The notes under the pieces: generated by a model | Seen by the model: the letters and a program-made list of their open reading frames with translations, nothing else | Database searches by the model: none | Told to the model about the DNA's origin: nothing | Origin: Thraustochytrium aureum | Lineage: Eukaryota | Length of the DNA stretch: 38,509 bases | Direction: 5' to 3' | NCBI GenBank assembly: GCA_012862495.1 | Contig: BLSG01000091.1 | Span: forward strand, 218,324 to 256,832 | Part shown: one piece after another, positions 1-10,183 of the stretch | How the letters are laid out: every line of letters starts with the position of its first letter | How positions within the stretch are numbered: the stretch's first letter is position 1 | Translations under genes and position numbers: made by a program

Positions 1-3000
1 AAGCCGCGCCACGGCGTTGCTGCATTTCCGGCCAAGGCAGGCGACCCGGCGCGGCTACTCCCAGGCGGCGACCTGTTCCTCAACGGCGTGGCAATCCTCC
101 TTCCCGTCAACTGGGAGGAGGCCGTGCAGGACTACCTTGAACGCCGCAAGGGAGTGCTGCCATCGTCGGCCGACACCTCGGCCGCCTTCACGCTCAAGAT
201 CGGCGCCCACAATGGGCGCACCGTCATCTCTCGCGGTGGCTGGCTCAGCGTCCCGCTTAAAGACGCTGACTACGCAGGCCACCCGGACTACGACAGGGTC
301 CTGCGCTACACAAAACCTCTCCGAGTTAAAGGCGTCCCTCGGGACCCGAATATTGCGCTCGCCTTCCAAGTCGAGTACGCTGTCAGAGCCAAAACTGGGC
401 CGAGCTCGTACGTGGTGGGCTGCGGTCTCTGGCTCCCCTTCGCAGGGGTCGCCGCCAAGGACGCCAAGCCAAAGATCTACCTTGCAAACACTCGGCCCAA
501 GGCCTCGTCGACACGCTGCCCGCTCGAGATCGCGCTGCAATCCGACCTCCAGTGCCCGTTCACGGACTCGAGCGTGTTCTTGCCAATTGCAAACCAGCTC
601 GCGGCAGCCCCGCTCCTGGGCGCTCACCTTGCGCTCAAGCCCGAGCGCGTCAAGCCCGAGCTGGACGCCAGCGACGAATCTGGCTCGAGCGATGCATCAG
701 GTTCTCTGTCGCGACGACGGCGAAGGCGGAGTGCGAGCAGCGCCCGCGCACAGAGCTCCCGCCGCCGGGGCAAGGGCTCCCCTCGCCGCAGCCGCAGTCG
801 CAGCCGCTCCAACAGTTCCGGAAGCAGCGACGCCGCCGAGCACGACCCCAGCGAAAGCGATGACCAGTCCCAGAAGAGCAGAGCAAGCAGTGATGACCGA
901 AGCGCCTCGGGGGAGAGCAGCTCGGACGGCCTGCTTGCTGCGCACGACACAGACTTTGACTGGGCAGATCAGGACCGGCACCGCAAGCGCAAGCACAGCC
1001 GCCAAGGCCAGGCCCGATCACAGCTTCGCACGCCCCGCTCAAGGGAAGTGGCGGGGCGCCCTCGGCACCAGCACGGTCTTGGAAGCTCTCTACTTGGCCC
1101 AGTCGCCCCGGCCGATGTGAGCGAGTCGCTCCTCGCTCAAACGCTAACGATGCGGATCCATGACGGAAGCTCGCCGCGCCAAACAACCGCTGCCGCGGCG
1201 TCGACGACGCTAGAGTACAACCCAGAAGTGACCACGACGCGGAGCCGCGCAGGAGAGCCTGGCCGTGGTTCAGCTGGCGCGCAAGTACTCTCAAGCTCGC
1301 TCTCGAGAGCATCTCGCACCGTGCTCAGCCGAAACGGTTTTGCAATCGGCGCTGGGCCCTCGGGTTCAGTAGCATCAAGCGCCCGTGCCGCCGGCCCTGC
1401 TGCAGATGTCGAGACCGAGCTGCGCGACCGATTGAAAGCAAACGAGATCACAATCCAGTTCGCTGCCTTTCGGCACGTCGTGAACCAAGCCAATGCGCGC
1501 CGCCCAGGGACAGTATTCTTCACCTTTCAGTTTTACGACTGCCTACCTACGCGCACAGAGCGCATGGCGCTACGTGCCACGGTCCCCCGGCGCCGGAGCA
1601 GGCAAGAGCAGCGGGTGGAGAAGGCCTCGCAGGCGTCTCGGAGCCGTTTCTTCTGACTCGGCTGAAGACGACAAACACAGAAACGCGCCGAGCCTCGCCC
1701 TAAAGTTTCTGGTGGACACGACGGCTGCCGACGCGGACGGNNNNNNNNNNNNNNNNNNNNNNNNNNNNNNNNNNNNNNNNNNNNNNNNNNNNNNNNNNNN
1801 NNNNNNNNNNNNNNNNNNNNNNNNNNNNNNNNNNNNNNNNNNNNNNNNNNNNNNNNNNNNNNNNNNNNNNNNNNNNNNNNNNNNNNNNNNNNNNNNNNNN
1901 NNNNNNNNNNNNNNNNNNNNNNNNNNNNNNNNNNNNNNNNNNNNNNNNNNNNNNNNNNNNNNNNNNNNNNNNNNNNNNNNNNNNNNNNNNNNNNNNNNNN
2001 NNNNNNNNNNNNNNNNNNNNNNNNNNNNNNNNNNNNNNNNNNNNNNNNNNNNNNNNNNNNNNNNNNNNNNNNNNNNNNNNNNNNNNNNNNNNNNNNNNNN
2101 NTTGCCCGCAAAGCACGGCCATGCTGGTGCCGGGGGTGGGCCGAGCCACCGCGTCCTGGCTCGGCCCCTTGCACAAACCAACGCCCAACTCGGCGACCTC
2201 ATCAAAGTCGCGGGCTCATCTACTCGGCGCTTGCTCCACCCGTCACGGCGAGAGAGGGAAGCAAGAGACATCCCAGAAGGCAACGGAGGGCTGCCCGTCG
2301 GCAGCGCCGCTGCCATAGAAGCCGAGTGGACCTTCACCTCCAAGGAACTGTCTCGTCTCGACAAAGCGCTCGACCGCCACAATCGCGGCCAAGTCGCCGT
2401 GTCCGCTCTCTGCGAGTACCTCAACCTCGACAAACTCCTTGAAAAGGACTCGAGCAAGCTGTGGGCCAAGCTCAAGGCCAGCGACAGTTTCACTGTAGAA
2501 ACGTACCGCGAGTTCAACGACCTTGACCCGGACAGCTCCGGTGCAGTGTCACGGGCCGACTTTATGCGTCTTGTTGGAGCGCACGCTGCTGCGCCAGGCG
2601 GCACGCGGCTCACGGCTGAAGAATTGGAGCAGCTCTGTCGGCAGTTCAAGGACGGCGCCGCGCCGCGCCACGTCAACTACGAACGCTTCTTGCACCGCTT
2701 GCTTGGAAGCGACGCAGGAGACCTCGAGTCCAAGCTTCGGCGCGTTCTGCGCAAGGCGTGGGCCAAGAGTGGCGTGAGCCTCAGGAATGCTTTTCGTGAC
2801 CACTTTGACGTCAACAGCGATGGCATGATCGAGCGCTCGGAGCTCGTCCAGGGCCTGGGTTCGTTAGGGTTTCGCCCGACGCAAGCTCAGGTGCAGATCC
2901 TGCTTGAGAGGTACGGAGATGGCGCCGTACTGCGCTTTAGCGACTTTTGCGCTTTGGCGGACTCGCAAGCCGGCGACTTTGCCGCAACCGCGGCCCACCC

Positions 3001-6000
3001 CGGCCGCCTTTCGGTCCCGCCGAGCACGCTGGAAGACAAGCTGCGCAAGATTGTCCTCGCAGCACAGGCCAAGGGCCTCGAGCTGCGCGAGTCATTTGCC
3101 CACTTTGACAAAGACGGAAACGGCGAGCTGACCAAGCACGAGTGCCGGTTGGGTCTGGGCGAGCTTGGCGTGGACGTTGACGACATGGAAATGGACCACC
3201 TCTTTGCGACCATGGACCAGCACGGCCACGGCGTCGTCCACCTCGAAGAGTTTGTCGCGTTTGTGCAGCGTGGGCGGGCGCTTAGCCCAACCGAGAAGGT
3301 CCGCCGGATCGTGCGCGCCGCTGAGAAGCGCGGCGTCCCAGTGAAACAGACCTTTGAGCACTTTGACCAAAATGGCGACGGCCAAATCAGTTGCGAAGAG
3401 TGCCTCACTGGGCTCCGCGAGATTGGTGTCAAGGTTTCCAAGCGGGAAGCGGACGAGCTCTTTGCACGGATGGACCTTGACAAGGACGGGTCTGTGAACT
3501 GGGTCGAGTTTGTCGCATTCCTCTTGGACCCCTCCCCGGAAAGCCCGATCGCGCAGGCCGCGCCAGTGTCCGGCCCCGATGGTCGTCGCGCTGGAGGCGA
3601 TGCCGGCCCTGCAGAGCTGCAGATCGATGAGGCTGATCAGTGGGCGCGCCGCATGAGAAAGATCATGCGGGCGGCACAGCGTGACAAGATCGACCTGCGC
3701 GCGGCATTTCGTCACTTTGACAAGGAGGACCGAGGCCTCGTCCCGGTGGAAGCATTTCGCGAGGCGCTCCGCGAGCTCGGGTTTAGCGCCTCTGACGACG
3801 AGTTTGCGCCGCTTGTCGCCAAGTTTGACATCGACAGGGACGGAAGCATCAGTTACGAGGAGTTTTTGGCGTTTGCGCTCAAGGCCAACTCGCCGACGAC
3901 TGCTGCCCGCCCGGAGCCGTCAACGCCCGAACTGACCACCGTGGATCAACTCGGTCTTGAGCACACCGGCCGCCGCGCTGACCCGGCGAACCGGATCTCG
4001 CGGGACTACTCTTCCTCGCCTGCGTTGCTGCGTCTGCAAGCTATTTTGCGGAAGGCCCGTGCCCGCGGCGTCGACGTGGAGGAGTCGTTCTCATTTTTCG
4101 ACACCTCGGGCGACGATCGAGTCGAACGGTCCGAGCTCGAGCGTGGGCTGGAAAAGCTCGGGTTCAAGTTCAAGTCGCTCGTTGAAGTAGACGAGGTAAT
4201 GGCTGCGTTCGACCGGGACGGCGATGGCCTCATTGACAAAAGCGAGTTTCGCGCGTTTCTCGACGCCACACTCACGGCGCAGGCTGACCGCGATCTTGCC
4301 CGGTTTGTGACAGAGCACGCCGCCACTTTGAAAAAGCGATGCAGGCGGTACGACAAGGAGGATGACGGCACGGTCTCGGCGTCCCGGTTTGCCAAGCTGC
4401 TTCGAGATCTCGGTTGGGAGCACGAGGTGGAGGTGGACGACCTCGCGTCCTTTCCGTCGGCCCAGGACGGCAAGCGCGTCGAGTACGAGCGGCTTGGAGC
4501 GGACGAGATCCGCGACAAGCTTAGAAAAGCGGTTGAGCGCGCGCTCTCGAAAGGAATCAGCGTGAAGGACCTGGTGAAAGGCCAAGGACCGAGCGAACGT
4601 TGGCAAGATCAGCATCGCTGCTCTCCACAAGCTGGTCGTCGATCTGGGGTTCTCTGTGCTTGAAGACACCAAGGACCTTTGGCTCGGCGACCCGGAAGCG
4701 CAAGCAGCCGCGTCGCGGCAGCTCGCCCGTGTCAACCAGCTGCGCCGCGCCCGGGCGATTCGCTCTGACAAACAAGGTGTGTTTGACGACCTTGTCGTGT
4801 CGGCCGGCGGATCCAAGGGCGACGCAGGCTTGGCTTCGCAGGAAGCGCAGCTGGACATTGTCCGCCGGTTTCGCGAAGGGCAAAAGCGTGACCTCGTGGG
4901 GTCCTTGCTGCGCTCCTCGATGACCCGGGAAGTGCCAATCCACCCAAGCTTTGCGCGGGCTTGCTACTTTGAAGTCCTCGTCACAAATCCGTACCCGCAC
5001 GAAGAGCGCTTCACGCTGCAAATGTCAGACCCGGAGCTCCGCTGCATCACGCGGGGCGAGGAGTGGCGCTTTTACCGCGACAACGTCAGCCCCGCGTGGC
5101 GCGACGAGGCGGAGGCTGCCGACCCCCAGCGCCTCTATACGCCTGTTGAGGACGAAATGATTACAACGGACGGGCTCGAGCTAACGCTGGATGCAGGAGA
5201 GACCGTGAGCGTACCCTTCGTGTTTATCAGTTTCGCAAGCGGCCAAACGGCCCCTCGCCACCCGGGCCGATCGCGCCACCAGCCCTCGTCGCTCGCAGCT
5301 GTCTCGATTCGCGAGAGGGACGATACCGGTTCGCGTGACAAGCGCGCGTCACGGCCACACCATCTTGGTGATTCAGGTGCGGGTCAAGCCGAAGCCCTTC
5401 GTGGTGGATCGCGTCATCCACCTTGCCGGGGTTGCAAACGAGTACGTCAAGGCCTCCATCAGGCTCCGCGATGCTGGCCTCGCCGCGAGAGAGACGTTTG
5501 TGCACGCCGTCGACCCAAGCGCTGTTGTGCAGTGGCGCGACGGCCTCGTGCACATCAAGTACCGCGCCTCGCTCGAAACGAGTGGGGAGTTTTATGTAAT
5601 GGTATACACCGACCCGTTCCATGCCTGCCTGGCCGCGCTCTGGCACGTGCACGTTCAGCCAATGCAGCGAGCGGATTTCCACGGCGTGCTTGGCCAGGCC
5701 ACCGCCAAGGAGCTAATTGTGAAAGGGGACCGGTTTTCTCGTCGCGTGGAGTGCTTTTGCTCGAGCCCGGGCGAGCTCGAGCTCGTGCCGAGCGAGCCGT
5801 TTCAACTCGTGGCGGGGGCATTCAATCGTGTACAGGCTCTCTTCCGCCCGCTAACGCAGACAGCGCCCGGCACCACTCGTCAGTTGCGGATCCACATGGT
5901 GGACGTCGACTCGCACGAGCTGGTCAGCGCCTGGCTCGTGCGCGCCACCGCAGGAGCCCCGGACGTGACGAAGACCTTCCAGCTCGAGCTGCCGCTTCAT

Positions 6001-6258
6001 CAGGCGGCGCACAAAAAGATCGCGTACGTCAACCCTTGGAATGAGCCGCGCGCCTTTGTGGTGCGAACGAGCGACCCTGTCCTGGTCAAGCCAAAGCAGC
6101 CGCGCATCGAGATTGCCCCGAAAACGAAATCGTACATCCGGCTCTGGTTTGCGGCAACGCACAAGGCGATCACGAAGGACGTCCTGGTCTTCATTAACGA
6201 CCTGGACGACCAGAACGAGGAGTGTCTGCTGATCCGCGCCAAGTTTGTCGCAAAGTGA
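1..6258 (+). CDS. NPHP4: Nephrocystin-4-like ciliary transition-zone protein with an internal array of about 16 EF-hands; 5'-partial, 4 apparent 1-nt frameshifts, one N-gap
   Basis: Frame is open from base 1. NPHP4-type motifs occur in order across ORFs 88..1656, 1493..4663, 4656.. and 5335..6258: LKIGAHNG, DPNIALAFQVEY, DRLKANEITIQFAAF, TVFFTFQFY, PSLALKFLVD, IHPSFARACYFEVLVTNPY, KPFVVDRV, IHMVDVDSHELVSAWLV, KKIAYVNPW, VLVFINDLDDQNEECLLI. Single-base indels near 1581, 1660, 4578 and 5318 restore one frame. Stop TGA at 6256-6258. Confidence 0.9.
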
Positions 6259-6322
6259 GCCCGGGGCCTTGACGGACGCGGGTTGGAAAGCTCTAGAGGG
6301 GCGACGGCTAAGAAATCCAATT

Positions 6323-7342
6323 TTACCGCGTTTCTTGTTTTGGCGCCGTCAGCCGGACGCCATGCCATGCGGCTGCTGTGCCTCGCAAACTATAGTCGGC
6401 CTCCGGAGCGCCGCAAAAGGAGAGCCCCGCGCCGCAGAATGCAAGTGCTTGCCCCGTCCTCGGCTGCAGCGAAAACCTCAAAGAAGATGGTGTCTTGGGG
6501 GAAAGCCCCGCTCGGCGAGCACTTACGTGGATCATGACGTCGGCTGTCCCAGTCAAGTACAACGGTGCAGAGAACGTGCACAGCACGCGACGAACGAGCT
6601 CTGGTTTGCCTTGAAGGCGCATTTCCACGAGTTTAGACACCACGATCCCGAGGACGCCGAGCCCGTTCATTGTCCGCGCAGGAAGCCCGGCTTGCAAGGC
6701 AAACCCGAGATTCGTGTGCACGTTTATATCGGCCGAGCTCGCCTTCGGGACGCGCGGGTTGCGAATGCATGCGTCCCAGAGGTGTGCTGCGGTCGCTGGC
6801 ACAGCAACAGAGAAGGAGGCGACCAACTCGACGTTGGTGAAGCTGATGGGGCTCGGCGCCCATGCCTCGGTCTTTGCTGCCTCCTCGTCTGCTCCTTGCA
6901 AGCCTCGGATCACCCCTCCAAAGTATCCCGTTGCGACGAGCTTGCCTGACAGAGCATTGCGGTGCTCGAAGAGCGTACCGGTGTGGACCCCGTTTCGCTT
7001 TTGCACAACGCGGGCCAGTTTCACGCGCGTCACGACGTCAATCCCTGCCGCGAGTGGCTGCTCCAGGATCTCCAAGTCGCAGAAGTGGTGCAGAAAAGTG
7101 TGGCGCGTGACCTCGGACTTGGTCAACCCGGCGGCGTAGATGGACGCAAAAGCGCCCACAACCTCGACGCACGCGGCCAGGAAGACTGGGTGCACGGTTG
7201 GCGCTCGTCCGCCGCGAGTATCAAAGTACGGCTCGCTCGCGTCCTGGCACCCAGCAGCAAAGTTCATCGCCCAGACATGGCTGATGCGTGTCTCGAGCTG
7301 CCTCTCCAGCTCCAGGCCCTGTGCGGACTGGCGGACGGGCAT
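6323..7342 (-). CDS. MaoC / (R)-enoyl-CoA hydratase-2-like double hot-dog fold protein
   Basis: 339-aa ORF with WAMNFAAG..YFDT..HPVF, LHHFCDLEILEQPL, INVHTNLGFALQAGLP..MNGL and VLCTFSAPLY, matching the two hot-dog halves of hydratase-2/MaoC proteins. The catalytic motif is atypical. Confidence 0.75.
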   Translation of the reverse strand: MPVRQSAQGLELERQLETRISHVWAMNFAAGCQDASEPYFDTRGGRAPTVHPVFLAACVEVVGAFASIYAAGLTKSEVTRHTFLHHFCDLEILEQPLAAGIDVVTRVKLARVVQKRNGVHTGTLFEHRNALSGKLVATGYFGGVIRGLQGADEEAAKTEAWAPSPISFTNVELVASFSVAVPATAAHLWDACIRNPRVPKASSADINVHTNLGFALQAGLPARTMNGLGVLGIVVSKLVEMRLQGKPELVRRVLCTFSAPLYLTGTADVMIHVSARRAGLSPKTPSSLRFSLQPRTGQALAFCGAGLSFCGAPEADYSLRGTAAAWHGVRLTAPKQETR

Positions 7343-8279
7343 CCTCGCTAGAGGCCCTCAGGCTCAGCTTGCTCTGAACTCGCCAGCAATGCGATCTCCG
7401 CCGTCGGAGCGATTGGAAATGGTTTGGCTTGGTGCCAGTCCGATCACACGCACAGCGCAAGACCGGCATCCCCAGTCGAACGCGTTCGCACCTCGCGTCC
7501 GTTCGGCCTGNNNNNNNNNNNNNNNNNNNNNNNNNNNNNNNNNNNNNNNNNNNNNNNNNNNNNNNNNNNNNNNNNNNNNNNNNNNNNNNNNNNNNNNNNN
7601 NNNNNNNNNNNNNNNNNNNNNNNNNNNNNNNNNNNNNNNNNNNNNNNNNNNNNNNNNNNNNNNNNNNNNNNNNNNNNNNNNNNNNNNNNNNNNNNNNNNN
7701 NNNNNNNNNNNNNNNNNNNNNNNNNNNNNNNNNNNNNNNNNNNNNNNNNNNNNNNNNNNNNNNNNNNNNNNNNNNNNNNNNNNNNNNNNNNNNNNNNNNN
7801 NNNNNNNNNNNNNNNNNNNNNNNNNNNNNNNNNNCCCACCGCCGCTGGAGGCGCAAGAGCAAGTTTCGAAACACCCAACGCGACGCGAGCGATCTCACCT
7901 CCGAGTCATGCCAAGGCGTTCGTTGGGTTGCGCGTGCGTCGCGCGTTCGCGCTACGCTCTGGTGCTGGCGACGGGCGCAACGTGAGCACAGCGCGAGCGC
8001 CGAGCACACCTCCCGCCCCTTCTACTCCTTGACCCTTGCAACAGTACCTCCTGGATTCACTGGATTGCGCAGGTGCAGGTATTGCGCTGTTGTTGTACCC
8101 GTGGACTTGCAAGCTGACTTGGAGGGTCGACAGTTCAGACAAGTTCAGACCACTCAGGCAGTGCCGGTGGAGCTGTGGATGGACTCGGAGAGCCTGATCC
8201 GTGTGTCTGTGCCTGCCAGCCAGTGTGCGCCACTAAAATGCAGAGCAGAAAGTGCGGAGAGGGTGGACGAGGGCGCAGA

Positions 8280-8352
8280 AGAGCAGCCTCAAACCTTGCT
8301 TGGAAGGGAGGAGGCAGCAGAGCAGCCTCAAACCTTGCTTGGAAGAAAGGAG
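8280..8352 (+). repeat. Tandem direct repeat, 2 copies with 39-bp period
   Basis: agagcagcctcaaaccttgcttggaag occurs at 8280 and 8319. Confidence 0.85.
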
Positions 8353-8936
8353 GACTGGAGCCTCCTTGCCCCTTGTGGGAAAGCGACGACGACGAGCGAC
8401 ACCGAGTCCTCAGTCTGACCTCTGGTACTAGCTAGGTGGCAGTTCCAAGTCGGCCAACATTTGTGGTCACCGTCAGGCGTCAGGCATCCTGTGGAAAGAA
8501 ACCGTGGAAAGAAAGGCGACAGCCGGAGAGTCTGCTTGCCTTCGATCGAAAAAAAATTTGTGGTGGTTGTTGGGAGTAAGGCGGTACTGTACCACTCGAG
8601 AACGAGCGTTCGTGCCTGCCGCGTGCTGGATCGCCTTTCCTGTAATGCGCTGTCCAAGTCCAAGGAGTCCAGCGCCATGCGCATTGTTGGATCACTTGGC
8701 GCTGGAAAATTCATCAAGCCGCACCAGCTGGCTCCTCCTTCTCCTTGCTGGCTGCGTCGTTGGCTGCCAGTGGACTGACATGAGTTTACATGGCCACCTT
8801 GCCACGACTTGCCTGCGCCGCTTGCCAGGCAAAACCCAAACACTCCGCAGGAAAGACCTGACAGCAAGGCAGCAAGCAGGACTCCAGCTCAATCAGAAAG
8901 GCAGCCCTCCAAGCCAAGCAAGACAACCAGAAAAAG

Positions 8937-9581
8937 ATGCTCGTCGCAAAGCTCCTCGCGGTTATCGCCGCCGCCTCGACGGTCGTCTCTGAGGCCAAGG
9001 TCGCCAAGATTCAGGTAGCGAATGGTCTTCTGTCCAAGTCTCCCATGGTGAACCCCCTTGCCATCGTGGGCTCGAGCTGTGACATGGTAGCCCTAGAGTC
9101 GTGCCTTTCCACTGCTTCCGAATCCGCCACATCCTGCGCGCAGGCTGGCGCGGTCGTTGCAGCGTTCAAGGAGTGCGCGGCTACCTTGAAGTGCGAGGCC
9201 GAGTACTTTACTGCCTGCGTTTCCGTCACTGCCAGCCAAAACGGCAACCCCAACTTCTCCGGGTGCCCGAACGCACCTCTGTGCTCGTCGTTTGAGTCGT
9301 GCTCTCTGGACACTGTCGCCTCGTGCGTGATGACGGAGGAGGTCGAGGTTCCTGTGGGCGCCTCCGATTGCGAAGTGATCGAGGCTTTGTCCGAGAAGGT
9401 GATGCCGAAGTGCTTTGCAGGCTGCCTTGGCTCTGCCGAGCACCTTTGCGATCTCAACTCGCAGGATGGCGGTTGCGGGTTGAACTGCAAGGCGCTGGTC
9501 GGGAACTCGAACTCTGCGGCCGGCAACGCCGCAAGCCTGATGCTTGCCGGCAGCTTCGCCTACGCGGCGCTGCACAACTAG
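8937..9581 (+). CDS. Secreted, probably GPI-anchored cysteine-rich protein with two 8-Cys modules
   Basis: 214-aa ORF with an N-terminal signal peptide (MLVAKLLAVIAAASTVVSEA), 16 Cys in two similarly spaced blocks, and a C-terminal small-residue site followed by a hydrophobic tail (NSNSAAGNAASLMLAGSFAYAALHN). AT-rich 3' flank. Confidence 0.8.
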   Translation: MLVAKLLAVIAAASTVVSEAKVAKIQVANGLLSKSPMVNPLAIVGSSCDMVALESCLSTASESATSCAQAGAVVAAFKECAATLKCEAEYFTACVSVTASQNGNPNFSGCPNAPLCSSFESCSLDTVASCVMTEEVEVPVGASDCEVIEALSEKVMPKCFAGCLGSAEHLCDLNSQDGGCGLNCKALVGNSNSAAGNAASLMLAGSFAYAALHN

Positions 9582-10183
9582 CTTGCTAGAGTTTGTTTTT
9601 CATCAATCAAACAAAATGTCATTGGCTGCAGTGCCAGGACTTGGTCAGCACCGTCAGCGTGCGAGCAACGCACAGCCTCGCATGTCGCACTCCGTGTCCT
9701 GCGCGCGCGNNNNNNNNNNNNNNNNNNNNNNNNNNNNNNNNNNNNNNNNNNNNNNNNNNNNNNNNNNNNNNNNNNNNNNNNNNNNNNNNNNNNNNNNNNN
9801 NNNNNNNNNNNNNNNNNNNNNNNNNNNNNNNNNNNNNNNNNNNNNNNNNNNNNNNNNNNNNNNNNNNNNNNNNNNNNNNNNNNNNNNNNNNNNNNNNNNN
9901 NNNNNNAAGTACTTGCTCAAACATGGTCCATCAAACATGAATGGACCAGGTGGCTTCGAAAGTGCAACCTGCGAGTAGTTGAAACACGGGCAAAGCCCAC
10001 GGGCAGCAGCATCAGTGCAACACGCAGCCGCAGCCGGCTCATCGCCAGGCGAAGGCGCGCGCACAGGCAAACGACAGCTCAGGCATCCGAGCCTGGCGAA
10101 GCGAAAGGCAGGCAGCGAGCGGCTCGAGTCGCGGGGCTCTGTGGCAGCCGCACCAGCCTCGCGAGGCCGCTAAGGGAGGGCCG

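Noticed and set aside
17..1120. Long alternative-frame and antisense ORFs (e.g. 17..1120, 24278..25312, 24333..25781)
   Set aside because: Arg/Ala/Pro-rich shadow ORFs typical of high-GC DNA, often lengthened by N-runs, with no recognisable motifs.
7835..8930. Possible small genes between the hydratase and the Cys-rich protein
   Set aside because: Only short frames with no recognisable domain, next to a gap; not supportable.
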